Source of the DNA: a bacterium
GTDB lineage: Bacteria; Sysuimicrobiota; Sysuimicrobiia; Sysuimicrobiales; Kaftiobacteriaceae
Length of the DNA stretch: 19,585 bases
NCBI GenBank assembly: GCA_044868695.1
Contig: JBIOWP010000139.1
Span: forward strand, 1-19,585
Reading direction: 5' to 3'
A program made the position numbers and the translations under genes. The notes under the pieces are model-generated. The model searched no databases, had not been told where the DNA came from, and saw only the letters and a list, made by a program, of their open reading frames with translations. Within the stretch, counting starts at the first letter, position 1. Each line of letters opens with the position of its first letter. Of this stretch, positions 6,700-14,248 are shown in pieces.

Positions 6700-7833
6700 C
6701 TACCGGCCCACGACGCGGTACACCGTGCCCTGGTGGTCCACAACGTAGATCTCGCCCTGCTCGTCCTCGCCGAACGAACTGATCCGCGCGCCGCTGCCCA
6801 GCAGGGGCGCCATCACCCAGCGGCCGGACTGCTCGGACAGCGTCCAGATCTGTCCGCTGCAGTAGTCCCCGAAGACGTAGCGGCCGGCCAGATCAGGGAC
6901 GGCCTTGCCGCGGTACACGAACCCGCCGGTGACGGAGCAGCCCAGCGACGTTTGATATTCCGCGATGGGAGGCGTTAATCCCGCGGACGGGCACCCCCGC
7001 GCGGGGATGTGGCAGTGGGCGCCCTCCATGATGCGCCAGCCGTAGTTGCCGCCGCGTTCAATCAGGTCGACTTCCTCCCACGCATTCTGTCCCACATCGG
7101 CCAGGAGCAGCCGTGCGGTGGCGCGGTCGAACGAGAAGCGCCATGGATTGCGCAGGCCATAGGCCCAGATCTCGCCGCGCGCGCCGGACCGCCTGACGAA
7201 TGGGTTGTCGGCAGGGATGCCATACGGAGCGTCGGCGTCCACGTCGATCCGCAGGAGCTTGCCCAGCAGCGCATCCAGCCGCTGGCCGTTGTTGAACGGA
7301 TCCCTCGCGGAGCCGCCGTCGCCCATCCCGACATACAGCATGCCGTCCGGTCCAAACAGGTTGAGACCGCCGTTGTGGTTGCGGAACGGCTGAGGAATCT
7401 CCAAGAGCGTCCGCTCCCGGCGGTCGGCGGCGTCAGGGGATTCAGGCAGGACACGGAACTCCGAGATCACCGTGCGCAGCCCGCCCGGCTCGGTCGTGTA
7501 GTTGACGAAGAAGCGGCCGGTGCTCGCGAACCGGGGATGGAACGCCACGCTCAGGAGCCCCATCTCGCCGCCGGCGGTGACCCGGTCGCGGATGTCCAGA
7601 AACGGCGCCGGCTCGAGCCGCCCGTTGCGGATGATCCGGATCACCCCGGCCTGCTCGACGACGAACAGGCGGCCGGAGCGGTCGCCGCTGTGCGTGACGT
7701 ACACGGGGGCGGACAGGCCCGATGCGATCCGCTCGAGCTGGACGGCCGCCGCCGCCGACGTGACGACATCCGGCACACCGAGCGGCCCCGCGCCGGCCAG
7801 GAAGACAATCGCAAGAACGACTATCCGCTGCAT
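6700..7833 (-). CDS. Secreted PQQ-dependent sugar dehydrogenase (glucose/sorbosone dehydrogenase family)
   Basis: Signal peptide; GEMGLLSVAFHP, NHNGG, FGPDGMLYVGMGDGG, LGKLLRID, YGLRNPWRFSFD, GGNYGW. Confidence 0.92.
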   Translation of the reverse strand: MQRIVVLAIVFLAGAGPLGVPDVVTSAAAAVQLERIASGLSAPVYVTHSGDRSGRLFVVEQAGVIRIIRNGRLEPAPFLDIRDRVTAGGEMGLLSVAFHPRFASTGRFFVNYTTEPGGLRTVISEFRVLPESPDAADRRERTLLEIPQPFRNHNGGLNLFGPDGMLYVGMGDGGSARDPFNNGQRLDALLGKLLRIDVDADAPYGIPADNPFVRRSGARGEIWAYGLRNPWRFSFDRATARLLLADVGQNAWEEVDLIERGGNYGWRIMEGAHCHIPARGCPSAGLTPPIAEYQTSLGCSVTGGFVYRGKAVPDLAGRYVFGDYCSGQIWTLSEQSGRWVMAPLLGSGARISSFGEDEQGEIYVVDHQGTVYRVVGR

Positions 7834-7849
7834 CAGTCACGTGCCTCCA

Positions 7850-8323
7850 TCACATCGCTTCGCGCAGTTCGACGACGACACCGTCCGTCAGGCGCTGCAG
7901 GACCCGCGGCTCGATCGGGAACACACTGCTGGGAGTTCCCGCGGCCGCGTACACGACGTCGAACCCCATGAGATCGCGGTCGATGAACACCGGCAGCGTC
8001 CGCGCGTGTGCAACCGGCGGGACGCCGCCGATTGCGTACCCGGTCGCGTCTTGGACCGCGGATGCGCCGGCCTTCTGTACGGTCTGGACGCCGGCGGCGC
8101 GCGCCAGCTTGGCCGTATCCACCCGGTTGGCGCCCGACGCCAGCACGAGCACCGGACGGCCGTCTGCCAGAAACACGAGCGACTTCACGATCTGGGCGAG
8201 GGTCGTCCCGACCGCCGCGGCGGCGTCGCGGGCGGTCCTGGTGCCCTGCGGGAACTCGAGAACCTGCACATTCACGCCGGCCTGACGCAGGACGGCTGCG
8301 ACGCGATCGGACGGAGACGGCAT
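7850..8323 (-). CDS. YbaK/EbsC family aminoacyl-tRNA deacylase
   Basis: TRTARDAA, QIVKSLVF, TGYAIGGVPP and YAAAG motifs. Confidence 0.92.
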   Translation of the reverse strand: MPSPSDRVAAVLRQAGVNVQVLEFPQGTRTARDAAAAVGTTLAQIVKSLVFLADGRPVLVLASGANRVDTAKLARAAGVQTVQKAGASAVQDATGYAIGGVPPVAHARTLPVFIDRDLMGFDVVYAAAGTPSSVFPIEPRVLQRLTDGVVVELREAM

Positions 8324-8349
8324 ACGGTGACTCTCATGATATCATTGGC

Positions 8350-8378
8350 TTGACGAACTTACGTCAGAATGGTACAAA
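8350..8378 (+). promoter_or_regulatory. Putative sigma70 promoter with overlapping palindromic operator
   Basis: TTGACG (8350-8355), 17-nt spacer ending TGG, TACAAA (8373-8378). Inverted repeat TGACG-N6-CGTCA (8351-8366) covers the -35. Confidence 0.5.
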
Positions 8379-8391
8379 AGGTTCCAATACT

Positions 8392-8472
8392 ATGCGCGAT
8401 TCCCGCTATGCCCCACGAAGCTGCATCTGTCTTCGGCGGAGGCAGACGATGCCTTCGCTGCGGCCCGCCTAG
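8392..8472 (+). CDS. Putative 26-aa leader peptide containing Cys-Ile-Cys
   Basis: ATG 8392 to TAG 8472: MRDSRYAPRSCICLRRRQTMPSLRPA. It lies in the long 5' leader of the downstream operon; the RBS is weak. Confidence 0.35.
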   Translation: MRDSRYAPRSCICLRRRQTMPSLRPA

Positions 8473-8547
8473 CCCCGCGAAGTTCCGTCTGCATTCCGCA
8501 TCCCGCTAGATCTTCTACCGGATAGAACATCTGTCTGGTTCACCAGA
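8416..8547 (+). promoter_or_regulatory. Structured 5' leader with mutually exclusive hairpins (attenuator-like)
   Basis: Helix A 8416-8457 (CGAAG/CTTCG, GCATC/GATGC, inner stem). Competing helix B 8436-8499 (GCGGA/TCCGC, GCAGACG/CGTCTGC, CTTCGC/GCGAAG). Further hairpins at 8508-8532 and 8534-8547. Confidence 0.5.
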
Positions 8548-8576
8548 TCGTTTGTCACACGCTGAGGAGGGTTCCC

Positions 8577-9116
8577 ATGTCCAGGGCGTCGCACTCGCTC
8601 AACGGCGTCGACGTTACCACCGTGGTCAACCTGGCCGCCCGGATGGATACCGACCCACAGGCCGCCCGGGAACTGTCGGCGTACGCGCGCGGGGTCCGGG
8701 TGCGCTGGATCTCCGGCCTGCACAGCCAGGCGTACACCCGGGACGTGCCGCCGCACGCCTACGACGAGCCGCAGTGGCTGGGCGGGACGAACCGCGCGAT
8801 GGCGGCCAGCGAGGCCCTCCTCGGGGCGATCGGCGGCTGTATCGCCGTGGGTTTCGCGGCCAACGCCTCTCTGCGCGAAGTGCCCGTGCATGAGCTCGAG
8901 GTCGAAGTCGAAGGGACGATCGACCTCCCGTCATTTTTCGGCATCCGCGAAGGGAATCCGGGGTACACGCAGATCCGCGTCACGATCTTCACGCGCTGCG
9001 ACGCTCCGCCGGCGCTGCTAGACGAGATCGCCTACCGCGCGGTCCAGCTCTCGCCGGTGGCCAACACGGTGCGCCGCCCGGTCGACGTGCAGTACACAGT
9101 CCGCCCCACCACCTGA
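8577..9116 (+). CDS. OsmC-like family protein
   Basis: AGGAGG RBS; LNGVDV N-terminus, DEPQWLGGTN, EALLGAIGGC, VEVEGTIDL, NPGYTQIRV, SPVANTVRRPV. Confidence 0.88.
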   Translation: MSRASHSLNGVDVTTVVNLAARMDTDPQAARELSAYARGVRVRWISGLHSQAYTRDVPPHAYDEPQWLGGTNRAMAASEALLGAIGGCIAVGFAANASLREVPVHELEVEVEGTIDLPSFFGIREGNPGYTQIRVTIFTRCDAPPALLDEIAYRAVQLSPVANTVRRPVDVQYTVRPTT

Positions 9117-9127
9117 GGAGGACATCG

Positions 9128-10192
9128 ATGGACGCTCACGACCAGAGGCCGGACGGCAAGACGGGGACGGTAAACGGGGAGCAGGCCGCGCCGGCCGGAC
9201 GCGAGGCCGCGCGGTTGGAGCCCGACGGCAGCCTGCTCCTCACCGGACTGCCGCTGCCGCCGGTGCCGGCCCGCGTGCAACCGGAGGGGATCGTCTTCCG
9301 CGGGGCGCCCGGCCCGGCCACCGGCCTCGTGATGCCGTACTCGATCACCCAGCGTGAACTGGTCTGGGCGGACAACCTCCATGAGCTCATTGAGCGCGCC
9401 AAGCGGCGCCAGTGGAACGCCAGCACCGATATCCCGTGGGAGGAAGGGCGGAAGGTCGCCCCTGATCTGGAGGAGGCGCTGGCCCGCGTGCTCACGTGGA
9501 TGCTGCAGCAGGAGTACGCGGCCTGGTACCTGCCGGCCAAGTTCGTGGGGCAGATCCACCCGGCGTACACTGAGGTCGGACTGTTCCTCTCGACACAGGT
9601 CGTCGACGAAGCTCGCCACGTCGAGGCGTTTCTTAAGCGGCTGTACCTCAACGGCGCGGGGCTGCGCGAGGTGACCGCCGGCACGGAGAGCTCCATCAAG
9701 GGGCTGCTCATGCAGGACGATTTCGCCCGCGCCAGCTTTCTGCTGCACGTGCTGGGCGAAGGGACCTTCACGGATCTCTTCCACCTGCTGATTGAGATCG
9801 CCCCGGATGAGGCGACGCGCCAGATCATGGTGCGCGCCCTGGAGGACGAGGCCCGCCACGTGGCCTACGGCGTCGGCCGCCTCTCCACGCAGCTGGCGGC
9901 GCAGCGCGACCCGGATGTCCTCGGACAGCAGTTCGTTGAAGCGCTGGAAGCCCGCCTCTCATTTACCTACGAGGTCTCCGGGCTGCCTCCGAACGTGCAG
10001 GAAGCGCTGGTGATCCTGGCCGGCGGCGGCCGGGGTCCGATGGCGGTGGCCCGGGGCGTGGGCCGCGTGCGCCAGTTCATCGATGAGCTGAACCGCAACC
10101 GCAAGCAGCGGCTGCTTCAGTCGGGCTTCAGCGAGCAGATCGCCGAGCACATCTCCACCCTGCACGTCCGCAGCAGCGGAGGACTGATGTGA
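9128..10192 (+). CDS. Ferritin-like di-iron carboxylate protein
   Basis: AGGAGG RBS; QWNASTDIPW, QQEYAA, DEARHVEAF, LGEGTF and EDEARHVAYG give the E...ExxH...E...ExxH ligand pattern. Confidence 0.85.
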   Translation: MDAHDQRPDGKTGTVNGEQAAPAGREAARLEPDGSLLLTGLPLPPVPARVQPEGIVFRGAPGPATGLVMPYSITQRELVWADNLHELIERAKRRQWNASTDIPWEEGRKVAPDLEEALARVLTWMLQQEYAAWYLPAKFVGQIHPAYTEVGLFLSTQVVDEARHVEAFLKRLYLNGAGLREVTAGTESSIKGLLMQDDFARASFLLHVLGEGTFTDLFHLLIEIAPDEATRQIMVRALEDEARHVAYGVGRLSTQLAAQRDPDVLGQQFVEALEARLSFTYEVSGLPPNVQEALVILAGGGRGPMAVARGVGRVRQFIDELNRNRKQRLLQSGFSEQIAEHISTLHVRSSGGLM

Positions 10193-10653
10193 GCACGTCA
10201 CCGGTCGGCGCCGCGATCGCCGCCGACGAACGGACGCGGATCCGCTGGGTGCTGGAGCACTGCAAGACCGTCGCCGTGGTCGGGCTCTCCAGCAACGCCT
10301 TCAAGGACAGCTACATCGTGGCGCATCATCTCCATCGAAACGGCTACGACGTGATCCCGATCAACCCGACAGCACCGGCCATCCTGGGGCGGCCGGCGTA
10401 CCCGGCGCTCTCGGCGCTGCCCGCCGATGTCGCGGAGCACGTGCAGCTGGTGCTCGTCTTCCGCCCGAGCGACGAGGTCCCGGGGATCGTGGACGCTGCG
10501 CTCACGCTCCCCCATCTGCTCGCCATCTGGACGCAGAAGGGCATCGTCCACGAGGCTGCGCTCGCGCGGGCCCGCGCGGCGGGGCGCATCGTCATTGTCG
10601 ACCGCTGCATCCGGACCCAGCATCTGTTCATGAAGTTCGGCGAGGCTGTGTAA
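10189..10653 (+). CDS. CoA-binding protein (YccU-like)
   Basis: GTGA overlap with the upstream stop; TVAVVGLS, VIPINP, VFRPS, IWTQKG, DRCI. Confidence 0.88.
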   Translation: MSTSPVGAAIAADERTRIRWVLEHCKTVAVVGLSSNAFKDSYIVAHHLHRNGYDVIPINPTAPAILGRPAYPALSALPADVAEHVQLVLVFRPSDEVPGIVDAALTLPHLLAIWTQKGIVHEAALARARAAGRIVIVDRCIRTQHLFMKFGEAV

Positions 10654-10655
10654 GC

Positions 10656-11846
10656 GTGCACGTTCAAACGCTGGTCGGACTGCTGGTGATCTCCGGACTA
10701 GGTGTCCTGACGTTGGCTGGCAGCCGCGTTGATCCGGCGTTCGGGATATTCGCTGCGCTGGGCATCGGCATCGGGGCCACGCTCCAGCGCAGTCGCTTTT
10801 GCTTCAATTCCGCCTTCCGTGACTTGATCCAGTTTCGGTCGGGCCGGACGATGAAGGGCGTCATCGTCGGTATGGCCGTCGCGACCGCCGGGTTTGGGGT
10901 CCACATGCGCAACCTCCTGCCGAACGCGTCGCTCGGTCCGATCGCTCCAGAGGCGCACGCCGTCCCCCTCAGCATTGCACTCCTCGCCGGCGGGCTGCTC
11001 TTCGGGATGGGGATGGTGATTGCCGGCGGCTGCACATCGGGATCCCTGTACCGCATCGGCGAAGGTTACCTGGCGTCCTGGGTCAGCCTTGCCGGCATCC
11101 TCGCCGGCCTGGTCCTGGTCAGCCACCACTGGAACTGGTGGTGGCAGCACGTGATCCGCGGTGCGCCGGTGGTGTGGCTGCCGCGGTATCTCGGATATGG
11201 CGGAGCGGTGGCCACAACGCTCGTGGGCCTCGCGTTGGCGTATGGTCTGGTGTTGTGGATTGAATCCCTCGGCGGTGTCGGCGTGCAGGACTACGCGGCG
11301 CCTGCTGGCGCTCGAACGTTCCACGAGAAACTCCATGAGATTGTGGCCGGCGTCTTCGGCCGCGGGTGGCCTGCGCCGGTGGGCGGCGCCGCCCTTGGGT
11401 TCCTGAACGTGCTGTCCTACAATGCACATATGCCGTGGCGCGTCGTCGGCGAACTGTCCCGGTGGGGCAATGCCGCGGCGGCTGCGGTCGGCCTGGGGCC
11501 CGGCACGCTACAAGGGACCGAAGAGTTGTCTGCCTGCGTGGTGACGACCGGCGGCGGGGTGCTGACGCACGGCTTCCTGCTCAACGTCGGCCTCGTCGGT
11601 GGCTCACTCTCTGCCGCATTGCTGGCGCACGAGTTCAAGTGGCGCGTGGCGCGCCGCCCCATCCGCTACGTGCAGTCTCTGGGAGGCGGCGTGCTGATGG
11701 GGTACGGATCCGGGCTGGCGCTGGGCTGCACCGCGGGAGCATTGTTCTCCGCGGTACCGTCGCTGGCGGTCAACGGCTGGGTCTTTGCGGCGACGCTGGC
11801 CGCCGGTGCGTGGATCGGCGTGCGCGTGATTGAGAGAATACCGTGA
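10656..11846 (+). CDS. YeeE/YedE family sulfur/selenium-compound transporter
   Basis: Multi-TM protein; LQRSRFCFNSAFRD, FGMGMVIAGGCTSGSLYRIGEG, GGVLMGYGSGLALGCTAG (three conserved Cys motifs). Confidence 0.93.
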   Translation: MHVQTLVGLLVISGLGVLTLAGSRVDPAFGIFAALGIGIGATLQRSRFCFNSAFRDLIQFRSGRTMKGVIVGMAVATAGFGVHMRNLLPNASLGPIAPEAHAVPLSIALLAGGLLFGMGMVIAGGCTSGSLYRIGEGYLASWVSLAGILAGLVLVSHHWNWWWQHVIRGAPVVWLPRYLGYGGAVATTLVGLALAYGLVLWIESLGGVGVQDYAAPAGARTFHEKLHEIVAGVFGRGWPAPVGGAALGFLNVLSYNAHMPWRVVGELSRWGNAAAAAVGLGPGTLQGTEELSACVVTTGGGVLTHGFLLNVGLVGGSLSAALLAHEFKWRVARRPIRYVQSLGGGVLMGYGSGLALGCTAGALFSAVPSLAVNGWVFAATLAAGAWIGVRVIERIP

Positions 11847-11871
11847 AGACCGAGGATGAGGAGGCGGCTCC

Positions 11872-12108
11872 GTGCTCCTGGATGTCCGGGGCGAGACCTG
11901 CCCGTATCCGATGAAGAAAGCCATGGAGGCGATGGAACGCCTGCCGGAGGGTGAAGTCCTCGACGTGCTGGTGGACCATCCGCCGGCCATCGACACAATT
12001 CGCATGGCCGCCAACCGCTATGGCTTTCGCATGGACGTGGAACCGGCCGGCAGCGGAGAGTGGCGGATCCGTCTCCAGCGACGAACCGGAAAGGGCGTGA
12101 GGACGTGA
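11872..12108 (+). CDS. TusA/SirA/YedF family sulfur carrier
   Basis: AGGAGG RBS; LDVRGETCPYP, GEVLDVLVDHPPA, GEWRIRL. Confidence 0.93.
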   Translation: MLLDVRGETCPYPMKKAMEAMERLPEGEVLDVLVDHPPAIDTIRMAANRYGFRMDVEPAGSGEWRIRLQRRTGKGVRT

Positions 12109-13121
12109 CGCGGATAATCGCGATCCTGACGGTAGCGTTGAGCCTGGCGCTTGTGGGCAGCGCCACGGGCCAGCGACCGGCGGGCGCGCAGGTGATTGTC
12201 CTGAGCAACTCCTCGCCGCATATCACCGTCATCGAGACGCGGGCGCATCAGGTGGTCCGCACCGCGGATCTCCCCCGGATGACCACGTGGACCTGGAACG
12301 ATGACAATAACACCTTCGACGGCAAGCATCTGTGGTTGGGGCTGCGCAATCCCGACACCAGCGACGTCGAGGTCATCCTGCTCGACCTCGATACGCTGGA
12401 GGTGAGCCGGCGGATCCCGCTGGGACAGGACCGCACCACGCTGTATATCGGCAAACCCTCCCGGCGCGGGACGGTCCTGGTCAGCAAGCACGCCTCGGGC
12501 GAGCTGGTCCGGATCGATGCTTCGAGCTTCGCCGTCGACACGGTGAAGCTGCCCGTGAACGACGGGGTCGCCTGCGTCATCGACGTTGTCACGACCGGGC
12601 CCGGGGCTCTGGAGCGCGCGTTTGTGCCGACCGACAACGGCAACACGGTTCTGAGCGTCGATACCGAGAGCCGGCAGGTGGTGGGCACGGTGCCGTTCGC
12701 CGGCAGCCGGCCGTTCATGCTGACCGCCTCGCCGGACGGCAGCCGCGTGTGGGTGCAGGAACGGGCGGGCAGCGCTATGACGGTGCTGAATGCCCGAACA
12801 CTGGACGTCGTCAAGCGCATCCCCACGGCGCAGACGCCCATCATCGGGACCTTCAGTCCCGACGGCAGGGTGCACTACACGGGACACGCGGGAGACGTGA
12901 CCGTCATCGCGCACGACACGGCGACGTTCAGAGAACTCTGGCGGGCGCGCGTGGGCAGTAACCCGGATAAGGTCGGCGTCCATCCCAGCGGCGCCTTTGT
13001 GTACGCGACCGTGTCCCGGGAAGGCCAGCTGGCGGTGATTGAAGCCCGGACAGGCAAGGTGGTGGCGCGGGTCCCACTCGGCACGAACCCATCCGGCCTC
13101 TTCGTCCGGCGGCTCCCCTAA
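12105..13121 (+). CDS. Secreted YVTN/YncE-type beta-propeller protein
   Basis: GTG 12105 overlaps the upstream TGA; signal peptide MTRIIAILTVALSLALVG; blades SPDGSRVWV, FSPDGRVHYT, HPSGAFVYAT, VPLGTNPSG. Confidence 0.85.
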   Translation: MTRIIAILTVALSLALVGSATGQRPAGAQVIVLSNSSPHITVIETRAHQVVRTADLPRMTTWTWNDDNNTFDGKHLWLGLRNPDTSDVEVILLDLDTLEVSRRIPLGQDRTTLYIGKPSRRGTVLVSKHASGELVRIDASSFAVDTVKLPVNDGVACVIDVVTTGPGALERAFVPTDNGNTVLSVDTESRQVVGTVPFAGSRPFMLTASPDGSRVWVQERAGSAMTVLNARTLDVVKRIPTAQTPIIGTFSPDGRVHYTGHAGDVTVIAHDTATFRELWRARVGSNPDKVGVHPSGAFVYATVSREGQLAVIEARTGKVVARVPLGTNPSGLFVRRLP

Positions 13122-13122
13122 C

Positions 13123-13803
13123 ATGAAGTGGCGGACGCGGTGGCTGGTCCTCGTGCTCCTCGCGCTGGCCGTTGGTCTGGGGGCTCAGGTCATGATCGCG
13201 CGGTCTCACATTGCCGCGCTCGACCAGGACCGCGCGGTGCTGGAAGCGCGGGTGCGCCGGCTCTCGTACAACACCGCGTCAGGCGGCGGGGTGAACGTCA
13301 AGATGATGCCCGATCCCGTGCCGGGCCAGCCGGCGGTGCCGCTGCCGGAAGTGTTCAGCTTCGACCGGAACCACGCGATGTGCCGGGTGGACACCAACCC
13401 ACGTGCCTTCAAGATGGCCACGTTTCAGCGGGGCGAGGTCGTCGTCCCGGCGGGCCGCTTCTTCATGTCCATGGCGGCCACGACCATTGAGCAATACGCC
13501 GTGTCGACGCATCCGGACGGCCGGCGGACGGTGCGGATGCGCGGAGGGGTAAGTTGTGCCACAGAGGTCGGGCAGGCCAACGTCACCATCGGATCGCGCG
13601 GCGCGTCAGAACACGCGACCTATCTCATCGAGGCGATCGACGCGGGGATCGGAGGCGGTCAGGCCGGGGATTCGTTCGCGTTTACCGTGTTCTTCGATCC
13701 CGCGGAGGCCCCGGTCAATTACAGCCTGTTTGGACCGAAGTTTACCTTCACCGGCCAGATGGTGGAGGGCGAGATTACGATTGTTGACCCGACCATGCCC
13801 TAA
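13123..13803 (+). CDS. Hypothetical exported or membrane-anchored protein
   Basis: ATG 13123 is 1 nt after the upstream stop; N-terminal hydrophobic helix, short coiled-coil-like segment, then a beta-rich Met-rich domain with two Cys. Family not recognised. Confidence 0.75.
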   Translation: MKWRTRWLVLVLLALAVGLGAQVMIARSHIAALDQDRAVLEARVRRLSYNTASGGGVNVKMMPDPVPGQPAVPLPEVFSFDRNHAMCRVDTNPRAFKMATFQRGEVVVPAGRFFMSMAATTIEQYAVSTHPDGRRTVRMRGGVSCATEVGQANVTIGSRGASEHATYLIEAIDAGIGGGQAGDSFAFTVFFDPAEAPVNYSLFGPKFTFTGQMVEGEITIVDPTMP

Positions 13804-13837
13804 GTGACCTAAGGGGCGACGGGACCGCGGGCGGCTC

Positions 13838-14248
13838 TCATCGCGCGGAGAGCGTGCGGTGGACCGAGCGCATGCAGGCACCCGCGACCGCGCGGAGCCC
13901 GGCGGCCTCGGCGCGCCCGGCAGCCTCTTCGTTCTCAGCCCCCGGCTGCATCCACACAATTTTGGCGCCGATCGCGATCGCGTCCTCAACGACGGCGGGG
14001 ACTTCTTCGGGTCGGCGGAAAATCTGCACCACATCAATGCGTTCGGGGACGTCGCGGAGGCTCTTGTACGCCTGCTCGCCGAGCACGGTCTGGATCTTCG
14101 GGTTGACCGGGATGATCCGGTATCCTGCCTGTTGGAGATAGCCCGCGATCTCGTAACTATCGCGGTCGGGGTTGTCAGAGAGCCCGACCACGGCGATCGT
14201 CGTCGTGCTCTTGAGGATCTCCCGCGCGGCCTCCCACGTCAGCTCCAC
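13838..14248 (-). CDS. CoA-binding protein (YccU-like)
   Basis: GTG 14248 is 7 nt after GGAGGT; TIAVVGLSDNPDRDSY, IIPVNP, IFRRPE, VWMQPG, GACMR. Confidence 0.9.
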   Translation of the reverse strand: MELTWEAAREILKSTTTIAVVGLSDNPDRDSYEIAGYLQQAGYRIIPVNPKIQTVLGEQAYKSLRDVPERIDVVQIFRRPEEVPAVVEDAIAIGAKIVWMQPGAENEEAAGRAEAAGLRAVAGACMRSVHRTLSAR

